64,000 bases of DNA from Caldisericota bacterium (GTDB taxonomy: Bacteria; Caldisericota; Caldisericia; Caldisericales; Caldisericaceae): the NCBI GenBank assembly GCA_030621215.1, contig JAUXIC010000001.1:3423-67422 (forward strand), given 5' to 3'. A program made the position numbers and the translations under genes. Shown here in pieces: positions 1 through 8,845 of the stretch. The notes under the pieces are model-generated. The model had not been told where the DNA came from. It was given only the letters and a program-made list of their open reading frames with translations, and ran no database searches. Within the stretch, counting starts at the first letter, position 1, and each line of letters starts with the position of its first letter.

Positions 1-392
1 AGTATTTTGTGAGGCAAAAGCTTGTCGTAGGGGCAAGTGTACCGGTAATTGACCGCGTTGTTTATTTCTCACATGTCAAAAATACTGGTGCCGCATTTGG
101 AATTTTACCAAATGGACGTATTTTTATTATAGTTATTGGCATAATTTCTCTAATTGTTATTTTGTATTTTCTTGATTTTTTTACTTCGACCCGTTTTCTT
201 TTATTTGGAGGCGGTTTTCTTTTTGGCGGAATCATAGGAAATCTGCTTGACAGGATATTCATTGGGCATGTGACGGATTTTATAGATTTTAGAGTATGGC
301 CTGTTTTTAATCTGGCAGATTCTTTTGTAAACATAGGCATTTCAATGATAGTAGTTTATATACTGTTCTTTCATGGAAAAGCACATTCTTAA
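1..392 (+). CDS. lspA: Lipoprotein signal peptidase (signal peptidase II), 5' end cut by window edge
   Basis: ORF 9..392 carries LspA motifs NTGAAFG, GGIIGNLLDR, VTDFIDF and FNLADS. The frame is open to the window start and the N-terminal TM helix is missing. Confidence 0.85.
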   Translation, partial: YFVRQKLVVGASVPVIDRVVYFSHVKNTGAAFGILPNGRIFIIVIGIISLIVILYFLDFFTSTRFLLFGGGFLFGGIIGNLLDRIFIGHVTDFIDFRVWPVFNLADSFVNIGISMIVVYILFFHGKAHS

Positions 393-1290
393 AGCGGACG
401 AGAGAAAGCGGCTGGATCTTTTTCTCTCGCAAAAGCTTGATTATACGCGCTCTTATCTGCAAAAACTTATAAAAGAAGATTGCGTGAGAGTTAACGGGGA
501 AATAGTTAAAGTTTCACATATGCTGGCGGAAGACGATTTAATTGAGCTTCAGGTGAAAGAACCTGTCACACTGGCCATTCCCAAAGAAGACAAACCGCTT
601 GAAATTGTTTATCAGGACAAATATCTTGCAATCGTGAATAAAAGGGCAGGTGTTGTAGTGCACCCGGTAGGAAGACAGAGGGAAAACACGCTTGTTAACA
701 GGCTTTTATTTCATTTAGACGATCTTTCGGCGATAGGTGGAGTTATAAGGCCGGGGATTGTGCATAGGCTTGATAAAGATACATCAGGCCTTCTTGTTGT
801 TGCCAAAACAAATGAAGCGCATTTGAAATTATCAGCGCTGCTTAAAGAGCACAAAATTGAAAGAAACTATATAGCGCTTTTAAAAGGAAACTTAGAGGAT
901 AAGAAAGGTGTAATAAATTTGCCAATTGGACGAAGAAATAAAAACGAAATAAAGATGGGGATTTCTCCATCTGGCAGGTATGCTGTGACTCATTACAGGG
1001 TTATTGAGGAGATAGGGCCTTATACGCTTGTTGCTGTAGGCCTTGAAACAGGTAGAACCCATCAAATTCGTGTACACTTTGCATATCTTGGACATCCCGT
1101 TGCCGGAGATTCTTTATACGGCGGGAAAATGGGCGCAGATATTTCTCTCACGCGGCATTTTTTGCACGCTTATGAAATTTCTTTCTTTCATCCTATAATG
1201 GAGAGAAAAATTATGGCGCATGCGATGTTGCCAGAGGAGCTGAGAAATACGCTCAAAGAGCTGAGGAATAAATGGAAGAAGAAAAGATAA
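373..1290 (+). CDS. rluD: RluA/RluD-family 23S rRNA pseudouridine synthase
   Basis: 305 aa with an N-terminal S4-like segment, catalytic motif HRLDKDTSGLLVVAK and RTHQIRVH. Overlaps the lspA 3' end, the classic lspA-rluD pairing. Confidence 0.9.
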   Translation: MEKHILKADERKRLDLFLSQKLDYTRSYLQKLIKEDCVRVNGEIVKVSHMLAEDDLIELQVKEPVTLAIPKEDKPLEIVYQDKYLAIVNKRAGVVVHPVGRQRENTLVNRLLFHLDDLSAIGGVIRPGIVHRLDKDTSGLLVVAKTNEAHLKLSALLKEHKIERNYIALLKGNLEDKKGVINLPIGRRNKNEIKMGISPSGRYAVTHYRVIEEIGPYTLVAVGLETGRTHQIRVHFAYLGHPVAGDSLYGGKMGADISLTRHFLHAYEISFFHPIMERKIMAHAMLPEELRNTLKELRNKWKKKR

Positions 1291-1721
1291 TTGCTACAAA
1301 TAAACGTGTTGCGAGAAACTATGAAATTATTGATACTAAGGAAGCCGGTATTCAGCTGGAAGGATACGAGACAAAATCTGTAAGAGCTGGAAAGGTAAAT
1401 TTGCATGGCAGTTTCATAAAGGAAAAAAACGGCGAATTTTTTATATATAAGATGTTTATCGCGACAAATCCTTCGGCGCATAATGTAAAAGATGAAAGGC
1501 GGCGGAGAAAACTTTTGCTTCACGAGCATGAAATTATTAAATGGAGTTCAAGAGTGAAGGAGAAGGGATATACAATTATTCCTCTTGATGTCCATACAGC
1601 GCACAACCGGATAAAGGTGAAAATCGCGCTTGTGCGTTCTAAAAAGCTGTTTGGCGACAAGGTAAAAGAAGAGGAAAAAAGAATAAAAAGAGAAATAGGC
1701 AGGGTAAGGAGATTGATATGA
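1272..1721 (+). CDS. smpB: SsrA(tmRNA)-binding protein SmpB
   Basis: 149 aa. N-terminus IATNKRVARNYEI..EAGIQLEGYETKSVR plus a basic C-terminal tail is typical of SmpB. Confidence 0.9.
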   Translation: MEEEKIIATNKRVARNYEIIDTKEAGIQLEGYETKSVRAGKVNLHGSFIKEKNGEFFIYKMFIATNPSAHNVKDERRRRKLLLHEHEIIKWSSRVKEKGYTIIPLDVHTAHNRIKVKIALVRSKKLFGDKVKEEEKRIKREIGRVRRLI

Positions 1722-4126
1722 AAAAGATATTATCTGTCATTTTATTTATTATGATTGTTTTCGCATCTGTTCCAATAGCTAATGCGGCTGGATATTATTT
1801 GATAGAGGTTAATGTTTCTTCTGTAAATATAAGAAGCGGGCCGGGAACAGAAAATAACATTTTATACCGGGCGGATAGAGGAACTTTACTGGAACTTCTT
1901 TTTACCCAAAAGAACGCTAAAGGAGAAACGTGGTACAGAGTGTATGATTTTAGCAAAAATACTACAGGATACATTGCCTCATGGCTTACACGCAATACAC
2001 GTATTACGATACAGGGAGAGGATGCAGATTTTGACGCAGAGATCGTTGCAGATGTGTTAAACGTGAGGATAGGACCTGGCGTGGGATTTACTATGGTAGA
2101 TGTATTGAATGAGGGCAACGTGGTTAGGGTCCAGCGGATTATAAGGAGATCAGATGGGGAAACATGGTACAGGTATCAGGATAAAGATGGGAAGTATAGA
2201 TATATTGCGGGCTGGTATACTAAAAAAGTAGAAAAGACTCCTGAAACTCCTCCCGAAACTGATGATGAAACTTCCCTTGCAACGGCTTTATACTATATAA
2301 ATCTTAGAGAAGGACCATCACTTGACTACGCGAGAATAGATCTGATTGATAAAGGAAGTGAATTGCCTGTTGTAGGCATTGCAAGGAATGGGGAGGCAGA
2401 GATTTGGCTGGAAGTCCAGTATAAAGGTAAAATTGGATGGGTATATGCCCCTCTTTTTGATGTTGTTTCATCTCCTCCGCTGGACTTATCTAAAATAGGA
2501 AGCGAAGGAAAAATAGAGGATGTTGTCAATCTCAGGGGAGGACCTTCTACCAATTATTCTGTACAGACTGTATTAAAATCCGGAACAATTGTAATGATTA
2601 GAGGTGTTGGAGAAAATGAAAAAAAGGAAGTCTGGTATGAAATAAGTACCGATGGAGTGATGGGATGGGTTCGTTCTGACCTTGTTATCACTAGCGATAA
2701 AGGAAAGAGCGAGCTAAATAAAGTAACCTGGACGATTGGCCTTAGTGGAATAGATATTGTGATGAAGGGCAAAAATTTATCTGCTCCTTCTTTATCTATG
2801 CTGGAGAATCCTGTGAGGCTCACAGCCAATTTTACAGGCACAATTGCAGAGAGCGATAATGCCCTTTTGATTAATCTTCCTCCGATTATTCGTGTGCGGT
2901 GGGAGCAATCAGGCAGCTCTGTGTCGGTTACTACTGATTTAAATAACAGGATTCCCTTTAAAGGTGAGATGAAAGATAGCCAGACTTTTATACTGCATTT
3001 AGAATTACCTAAAGTTGGCGAAAAGAGAATAGATTTTTCTAGTACTGGGATTTATGTCTCTGTAGAAAATTTAAACAACAAGGAGTATTTGAGTTTAAAC
3101 GATTTTTTGAATTATTTTAATATAGAACCTATTGTGCAGGATAGTGGTGTAAATATAAGTTTATTTGGAGAAAAAGCAGTAGTTGACAGGAGTAAACTTC
3201 TGGAAAAGGACGGAGAATTTTTTATCTCGTTGGATCTTCTTTCAGAAACATTTAATGTTTCTATATTATCTACGGATAAGGTAATTTATATTGATCCGGT
3301 ATTAACAGAGTACAAAGAAGAGGATGGAAAGTTTTTGTTTACGTTTTCTGCGCCACCAAAGATCAAAAAGGAAAAAAGTGACTCATTATATTTAATTTTC
3401 TATGCAGAATGCGGCACGTTTGATATGATTGATTCAAAGGAAAGAAATGGTAGTGCTCCACCTGAAATAAGGATTAAAGTTGGCAAAGCCAGCGAAACTG
3501 TTGATATTAATACGACTGGCGCTAAAGTTACTGTTAGTCTCGCTGTGAGCAAAAGTGGCTCGCTTGCAGGGCGAATTATTGTGATAGACCCCGGACACGG
3601 AAGTTATTCCGGCCCCTATCTGGACATTGGCGCTACAGGCCCCACTGGTATTAAGGAAGCTGTAATTGTTCTTGACATTGCAAAGAGGTTAAGGAAATTA
3701 TTGGAAGCAGAGGGAGCTACAGTGATTCTTACGCATGAAGTTTTGGATGATCCCAATAACCCAACGCTTGCAGAGCGGTGTTCAATGGCAGACAATTCAG
3801 GGGGAGATTTATTTTTATCTATTCACCTTAATGCATCAGTCAACAGGGCGGCACAAGGAACAGAAACATATTATTGGCACAGCGGGTCTTACAATTTTGC
3901 TAAGGCTGTTCAGGATTCGCTGCTAAAAAATTTAAACACCATTGATAGAGGAGTGAAGAAAGGCTACCTTTATGTGTGTAGAAATGTTACTACAATGCCG
4001 TCTATACTGACAGAAATTTTGTTTGTTTCGAACGTTTATGAAGAATCATTGTGCAAAAACTCTGCATTTTTGGACAAAATAGCAGAAGCTTTGAAAGAAG
4101 GGATAGAGAGATATTTTAGTGGGTAG
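1718..4126 (+). CDS. Secreted cell-wall hydrolase: signal peptide, about 4 SH3b repeats, AMIN-like and copper-amine-oxidase-N-like segments, C-terminal N-acetylmuramoyl-L-alanine amidase (Amidase_3)
   Basis: 802 aa with signal peptide MKKILSVILFIMIVFASVPIANA. Repeated VNIRSGPG..WYRV..GYIASW SH3b-type units. C-terminal IVIDPGHG...SIHLNA...GTETYY matches the AmiC/CwlD-type amidase. Confidence 0.8.
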   Translation: MKKILSVILFIMIVFASVPIANAAGYYLIEVNVSSVNIRSGPGTENNILYRADRGTLLELLFTQKNAKGETWYRVYDFSKNTTGYIASWLTRNTRITIQGEDADFDAEIVADVLNVRIGPGVGFTMVDVLNEGNVVRVQRIIRRSDGETWYRYQDKDGKYRYIAGWYTKKVEKTPETPPETDDETSLATALYYINLREGPSLDYARIDLIDKGSELPVVGIARNGEAEIWLEVQYKGKIGWVYAPLFDVVSSPPLDLSKIGSEGKIEDVVNLRGGPSTNYSVQTVLKSGTIVMIRGVGENEKKEVWYEISTDGVMGWVRSDLVITSDKGKSELNKVTWTIGLSGIDIVMKGKNLSAPSLSMLENPVRLTANFTGTIAESDNALLINLPPIIRVRWEQSGSSVSVTTDLNNRIPFKGEMKDSQTFILHLELPKVGEKRIDFSSTGIYVSVENLNNKEYLSLNDFLNYFNIEPIVQDSGVNISLFGEKAVVDRSKLLEKDGEFFISLDLLSETFNVSILSTDKVIYIDPVLTEYKEEDGKFLFTFSAPPKIKKEKSDSLYLIFYAECGTFDMIDSKERNGSAPPEIRIKVGKASETVDINTTGAKVTVSLAVSKSGSLAGRIIVIDPGHGSYSGPYLDIGATGPTGIKEAVIVLDIAKRLRKLLEAEGATVILTHEVLDDPNNPTLAERCSMADNSGGDLFLSIHLNASVNRAAQGTETYYWHSGSYNFAKAVQDSLLKNLNTIDRGVKKGYLYVCRNVTTMPSILTEILFVSNVYEESLCKNSAFLDKIAEALKEGIERYFSG

Positions 4127-4922
4127 GAGATCTTCTATTGGTATTTTTGATTCCGGGATTGGAGGCCTTGCTGTTGTAAACACTATTTCGAGAGTGCTTG
4201 AGCATGAGAGCCTTGTATATGTTGCGGATTCAAAAAATTTTCCATATGGCACAAAGACAAAGAATCAGATTACACAATTTTCTGAAAGGATTGCGCGGTT
4301 CTTATTAAAAAAAGATGTTAAAGCAATAATTGTTGCCTGCAATACTGTTTCTTCAATTGCAATGCCTTTCCTAAAGGAGATATCTTATCCTATACCCGTA
4401 TTTGGGATGATACAGTCCGGAGCAATTCTTGCAGTGAAAACAACTAAAAATAAGAAAGTTGGGGTGATTTCCACTCCACTTACAGCTGCTTCCCATGCAT
4501 ATAAAAGCGAGATACAAAAATTAGACGATAGTATTGAAGTGTTTGAAATAGGCTCCCAGAAGATGGTGAATCTTGTGGAAAATGGCAATAAAACGCGCGA
4601 ACGTGCCTATGAATTAGTAGAAGGAAAATTACAAAGCATGCTCTCTGCTAAAGTGGATACGCTTGTATTGGGTTGTACGCATTTCCCGTTTCTCGACAAG
4701 GTTGTTAAAAGTGTTGTGAGGGAAGGCGTTAAAGTTGTGGATCCGGCAGATGAGCTTGTCTTAAAATTAGAAGAATTTTTAAGAGCGGGTAGCTTAATAA
4801 ATAAATCATCGGGTGCTAATACAAGGATGTTTTTTACAACAGGAATGACAGAAGAATTCCTTATTAAGGCCAAACTGTTTCTTGATATTTTTCCAAAAGA
4901 AGTACATAAACTGGATGTCTAA
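4119..4922 (+). CDS. murI: Glutamate racemase
   Basis: 267 aa with IGIFDSGIGGL, the two catalytic-Cys motifs VACNT and LGCTHFP. Confidence 0.9.
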   Translation: MGRRSSIGIFDSGIGGLAVVNTISRVLEHESLVYVADSKNFPYGTKTKNQITQFSERIARFLLKKDVKAIIVACNTVSSIAMPFLKEISYPIPVFGMIQSGAILAVKTTKNKKVGVISTPLTAASHAYKSEIQKLDDSIEVFEIGSQKMVNLVENGNKTRERAYELVEGKLQSMLSAKVDTLVLGCTHFPFLDKVVKSVVREGVKVVDPADELVLKLEEFLRAGSLINKSSGANTRMFFTTGMTEEFLIKAKLFLDIFPKEVHKLDV

Positions 4923-4946
4923 ATTTGTCGAAATGGTTAAAGATAC

Positions 4947-4974
4947 TTGATTTTTTAACATTTATATATACAAT
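4947..4974 (+). promoter_or_regulatory. Putative sigma70-type promoter for the tRNA cluster
   Basis: TTGATT, 16-nt spacer, TACAAT. The -10 element ends 10 nt before the first tRNA. Confidence 0.4.
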
Positions 4975-4984
4975 ATGTGAGGCT

Positions 4985-5061
4985 CGGGGTGTGGCGTAGT
5001 TTGGTAACGCGCATGGTTTGGGACCATGAGACCGGAGGTTCGAATCCTCTCGCCCCGACCA
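4985..5061 (+). tRNA. tRNA-Pro (anticodon TGG), CCA encoded
   Basis: Hand-folded cloverleaf: acceptor cggggtg/cgccccg, anticodon arm catgg-ttTGGga-ccatg, T-loop ttcgaat, 77 nt. Confidence 0.9.
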
Positions 5062-5076
5062 GGTTTGGATTGGGTT

Positions 5077-5153
5077 GCGCCTATAGCTCAGCAGGATAGA
5101 GCAACGGATTTCTAATCCGTCGGTCGCAGGTTCAAATCCTGCTAGGCGCGCCA
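5077..5153 (+). tRNA. tRNA-Arg (anticodon TCT), CCA encoded
   Basis: Acceptor gcgccta/taggcgc, anticodon arm acgga-ttTCTaa-tccgt, T-arm gcagg-ttcaaat-cctgc, 77 nt. Confidence 0.9.
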
Positions 5154-5162
5154 CTTAAGAAT

Positions 5163-5239
5163 GGTGGGTGTAGCTCAATGGTTAGAGTACCGGACTGTGG
5201 CTCCGGTTGTTGGGGGTTCAAATCTCCTCACCCACCCCA
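5163..5239 (+). tRNA. tRNA-His (anticodon GTG) with encoded G-1, CCA encoded
   Basis: An extra 5' G pairs with the discriminator C. Anticodon arm ccgga-ctGTGgc-tccgg, 77 nt. Confidence 0.9.
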
Positions 5240-5268
5240 TAAATGTCTGTTTTTGTATTTAATAGGAG

Positions 5269-5345
5269 GCGCCCATAGCTCAGTAGGATAGAGCGGTGGA
5301 TTCCTAATCCGCAGGCCACAGGTTCGAATCCTGTTGGGCGCACCA
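5269..5345 (+). tRNA. tRNA-Arg (anticodon CCT), CCA encoded
   Basis: Acceptor gcgccca/tgggcgc, anticodon arm gtgga-ttCCTaa-tccgc, 77 nt. Confidence 0.9.
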
Positions 5346-5350
5346 GTAAG

Positions 5351-5427
5351 GCGCCTATAGCTCAACTGGATAGAGCGGCGGACTTCGGATCCGTAGGTTG
5401 CAGGTTCAAATCCTGCTAGGCGCGCCA
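5351..5427 (+). tRNA. tRNA-Arg (anticodon TCG), CCA encoded
   Basis: Acceptor gcgccta/taggcgc, anticodon arm gcgga-ctTCGga-tccgt, 77 nt. Acceptor and T-arm are identical to the TCT tRNA-Arg. Confidence 0.85.
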
Positions 5428-5437
5428 TGTGCAAAGT

Positions 5438-5513
5438 GGGTCTTTGGCTCAATTGGTAGAGCAACGGACTCTTAATCCGTAGGTTGCGGGTTCGATTCCC
5501 GCAGGACCCACCA
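5438..5513 (+). tRNA. tRNA-Lys (anticodon CTT), CCA encoded
   Basis: Acceptor gggtctt/aggaccc, anticodon arm acgga-ctCTTaa-tccgt, 76 nt. Confidence 0.9.
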
Positions 5514-5660
5514 TTTTATGCATGGACTGTTGTTGAGCTTGTTATGAAGAAATTTAGGCCATTTTGTGTACCTTAAAAAAGGAAATAATAGATTTTTATT
5601 CACAGATATGGATTTTGAGTTCTGAGGGTAAATGCCTATGCGGTTATATTCATATAAAGT

Positions 5661-5745
5661 GCGAGGGTGGCGGAATTGGCAGACGCGCTGGACTTAGGAT
5701 CCAGTGAGGAAACTCATGCGGGTTCAAGTCCCGCCCTTCGCACCA
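5661..5745 (+). tRNA. tRNA-Leu (anticodon TAG), long variable arm, CCA encoded
   Basis: 85 nt. Anticodon arm ctgga-ctTAGga-tccag and variable arm gtgaggaaactcat. Confidence 0.9.
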
Positions 5746-5771
5746 TTTCTATTTAGAAAGGAGATATATAA

Positions 5772-7004
5772 ATGGAATATACAATAAAGGAAAGAACAGG
5801 TTCAAAAATTATTTTTACAACAAAGAATGCCAAAGAAGAAATTGAAAACGAAAAAAAGGAAGCATATAAAAAAATTGTGCAGAAGGTGACAGTTCCTGGA
5901 TTTAGAAAAGGGAAGGCTCCTTATGAAATGGGCGTTCCTTTTGTTGGCGAGGGCAGAATTTTGGAAGAAGCGGTAGATATATTGCTTGAAAAGAACCTTG
6001 GAGAATTTTTGGATAAAGAACAAATACATCCTATTGTCCAGCCTGATGTAAAAATCGGTAAACTGGAAGAAGATGAACTTGTCTGCACCTACACTGTCGA
6101 GTTTTTACCGGAGGTTGATATAGACCTCTCAGGAAAAATTGAGGTTCTTTATGAAAAACCTGATACAGAGAAGGATGTAGAAGCAAAGCTCAATGAATTG
6201 CAAGATTCTTTTACTGAGATTGTGCCTGTGGAGAGGGCTATACAAAATGGTGATGTAGTGTCGATAACATGGCAGGTGGAAGGGCGCGACAAAGAGCCGA
6301 AGAATGACACACTTGAAATAGGCAGAGATAAATTTATTGGAAATTTTGATGAAATCATCATCGGAAAGAGAAAAGGAGATAGATTTACTGTAGACTTTAA
6401 AGATGAAAAGATAGCAATAAATGTGCTTGAAGTGAAGGAAAAACACGTTGTTCCTATTGATGATAGCCTTGCAAAACAGGCGGGATATGAAAATCTCGAG
6501 CAGCTAAAAAATAAAATTAGAGAAGAGGCTGAAGAAAACAGCAGGCTTCAGGCAGAAGAAAACCGGGGTTTGCAGGCATTAAATGTGCTTGCAAATAAAC
6601 TTGATGTGGAAATTCCAGGCAAGCTTGTTGAAAAGGAAATTGACGAGAGAATTCAGAGGGCACGGGATGAATATTTAAAGATCGGCAAAAAAATTGAAGA
6701 TGCATTAAAAGAATCGGATAAAACAATGGATAGTCTGAGGGAAGAAGTCAAAAAAGTTGTGGTAGAAAATATTAAAAGCGAACTTGTTATGGATGAGGTT
6801 ATAAAAAAGAGCAATATTACCGTTGATGATAAAGAAATAGAAGAAGAGTTTAATAAACTTCTTGAAGCTAACGGATTGGCGGATAAAAAAGTACCGCTTA
6901 ATGACAATATCCGTATGGCGATTAAGGATAATATTCTTCGTAAAAAAGCAATTTTATTCCTAAAAGAAAATGCTATAATCAAAAAAAGAGAAGGAGATGA
7001 ATAA
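5772..7004 (+). CDS. tig: Trigger factor
   Basis: 410 aa with ribosome-binding signature GFRKGKAP near the N-terminus. Lies directly upstream of clpP-clpX. SD aaaggag sits 8 nt upstream. Confidence 0.9.
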   Translation: MEYTIKERTGSKIIFTTKNAKEEIENEKKEAYKKIVQKVTVPGFRKGKAPYEMGVPFVGEGRILEEAVDILLEKNLGEFLDKEQIHPIVQPDVKIGKLEEDELVCTYTVEFLPEVDIDLSGKIEVLYEKPDTEKDVEAKLNELQDSFTEIVPVERAIQNGDVVSITWQVEGRDKEPKNDTLEIGRDKFIGNFDEIIIGKRKGDRFTVDFKDEKIAINVLEVKEKHVVPIDDSLAKQAGYENLEQLKNKIREEAEENSRLQAEENRGLQALNVLANKLDVEIPGKLVEKEIDERIQRARDEYLKIGKKIEDALKESDKTMDSLREEVKKVVVENIKSELVMDEVIKKSNITVDDKEIEEEFNKLLEANGLADKKVPLNDNIRMAIKDNILRKKAILFLKENAIIKKREGDE

Positions 7005-7614
7005 TATGCCAATAATTCCGTTTGTAATAGAACAGACTGGCAGAGGCGAAAGAAGTTATGATATTTATTCCCGGCTGCTGAAGGATAGAATTATATTTCT
7101 TACAGGAGTAATTAACGAGGATATTTCGGATCTTATTGTTGCAGAAATGCTTTTTCTTGAAGCGCAAGATCCCACTCAGGATATATATCTTTATATAAAC
7201 AGTCCTGGAGGAGAGGTAACGCCCGGAATGGCGGTTTATGATACAATACAGTATCTAAAATCGCCTGTTTCAACAATTTGTTTAGGTCAGGCAGCATCTC
7301 TTGGTGCAATTATTCTTGCAGCGGGCGAAAAGGGGAAAAGGTATGCTTTGCCTCATTCAAGGATTATGATTCATCAGCCCTGGGGAGGCGCACAAGGGCA
7401 GGCGACAGATTTAGAAATTCAGGCAAGGGAAATACTTAGAATAAAACGAATTGGTATTGAGATACTTGCATCTCATACCGGACAGCCTGTTAAAAAAGTG
7501 CAGGAAGATACAGAAAGGGATTTTTATATGTCTCCTGAAGAGGCTAAAGAATATGGAATTATTGATCAAATTATTGTAAAATCAAAAGATATTACAGGAG
7601 CGGGCAAAGAATGA
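6997..7614 (+). CDS. clpP: ATP-dependent Clp protease proteolytic subunit
   Basis: 205 aa with [18 protein letters not shown], the Ser-His-Asp contexts GQAASLGA and MIHQP. An alternative ATG lies at 7006. Confidence 0.95.
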   Translation: MNNMPIIPFVIEQTGRGERSYDIYSRLLKDRIIFLTGVINEDISDLIVAEMLFLEAQDPTQDIYLYINSPGGEVTPGMAVYDTIQYLKSPVSTICLGQAASLGAIILAAGEKGKRYALPHSRIMIHQPWGGAQGQATDLEIQAREILRIKRIGIEILASHTGQPVKKVQEDTERDFYMSPEEAKEYGIIDQIIVKSKDITGAGKE

Positions 7615-8840
7615 ACGAGGTAGGAGAACTAACGTGCTCGTTTTGTGGCAAGAAATACGATGAGGTAGAGAGACTAATTGCGGGGCCAAGTGGTGTGTAT
7701 ATTTGTGATGAATGCTTGAAGCGGGCATATAAACTTGTAGAGGATACTAAAAAAAAGAAACATAAACTGTTTTTGAAGGATATACCTACACCATCAGAGA
7801 TTTATTCTTATTTAGACCAGTACGTCATAGGACAGAATGAGGCAAAAAAAGTCATTTCTGTGGCAGCTTATAATCATTACAAGAGAATTATTGCGAATGA
7901 GGAAAATTTTGATGTAGAAAAGAGCAACATTTTGCTGATAGGGCCTACAGGATCTGGAAAGACTCTATTTGCTAAGATACTTTCTCAAATTATAGGTGTA
8001 CCTCTTTCTATCTCGGATGCTACATCTCTTACTGAAGCAGGGTATGTAGGGGAGGATGTCGAGAGTATTGTGCAGAAACTTTTGGAGGCTACTAATTATA
8101 ATGTGAAGGTTGCGGAGCAAGGTATTATATATATTGACGAGATAGATAAGATAGCAAGAAAAAGCGATAACCCTTCTATTACAAGAGATGTATCTGGAGA
8201 GGGTGTTCAACAGGCGTTGCTTAAGCTTGTTGAAGGAACAGTTGCAAATGTTCCTCCTGCTGGTGGACGAAAGCACCCCTATCAGGAATTTATACATGTA
8301 AATACAAAAAACATATTATTTATAGGCGGTGGAACGTTCGATGGACTGGATTCAATTATAAAGGAACGAGTGAAGAAGAGAAAAATTGGTTTTGGCGCAG
8401 AGGACGAAAAAGATGCCAAAAAATTAAAGCCAATGCCTCACGACTTGCTAAAATTTGGCATGATCCCTGAATTTATAGGTAGGTTTCCAGTTATTGCGCA
8501 GCTCAAGGAATTAACAAGAGATGAGCTTGTCAGGATACTATATGAGCCTAAAAATGCATTAATAGGCCAATACAAGAAATTTTTTGAAATGGATAGTGTA
8601 GATCTTGAGTTTGAAGATGAAGCACTTGGTTTTATTGCAGATGAATCTCTTGAATTGAATATTGGAGCAAGAGGGTTGAAATCTATATTGGAACAGCATA
8701 TGGTTGGATTGATGTATCTAATGCCGGAAATGAAAAATGTAAAAAGATGTGTTATTACAAAAGAATTTTTGGAAAACAGAGAAGAAATAATACTATTTGA
8801 CGCAAATAATAGCAGGGTATACTTAAGTAAAACTGCTTAG
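7611..8840 (+). CDS. clpX: ATP-dependent Clp protease ATP-binding subunit ClpX
   Basis: 409 aa with N-terminal C4 zinc finger CSFCG..CDEC, Walker A GPTGSGKT and Walker [10 protein letters not shown]. Confidence 0.95.
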   Translation: MNEVGELTCSFCGKKYDEVERLIAGPSGVYICDECLKRAYKLVEDTKKKKHKLFLKDIPTPSEIYSYLDQYVIGQNEAKKVISVAAYNHYKRIIANEENFDVEKSNILLIGPTGSGKTLFAKILSQIIGVPLSISDATSLTEAGYVGEDVESIVQKLLEATNYNVKVAEQGIIYIDEIDKIARKSDNPSITRDVSGEGVQQALLKLVEGTVANVPPAGGRKHPYQEFIHVNTKNILFIGGGTFDGLDSIIKERVKKRKIGFGAEDEKDAKKLKPMPHDLLKFGMIPEFIGRFPVIAQLKELTRDELVRILYEPKNALIGQYKKFFEMDSVDLEFEDEALGFIADESLELNIGARGLKSILEQHMVGLMYLMPEMKNVKRCVITKEFLENREEIILFDANNSRVYLSKTA

Positions 8841-8845
8841 GAGGC

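Noticed and set aside
4864-5464. Minus-strand ORFs 4864..5154 and 5228..5464, and plus-strand ORF 36170..36400.
   Set aside because: They run straight through hand-folded tRNA genes. The repeated peptide MARLAGFEPAT is simply the translated complement of tRNA T-arm and acceptor sequence.
5514-5660. 147-nt spacer between tRNA-Lys and tRNA-Leu, examined as a possible degenerate tRNA, small RNA or promoter.
   Set aside because: There is no cloverleaf, no stable hairpin, no convincing -35/-10 pair at usable spacing, and only a 9-codon ORF. I cannot support any feature here.
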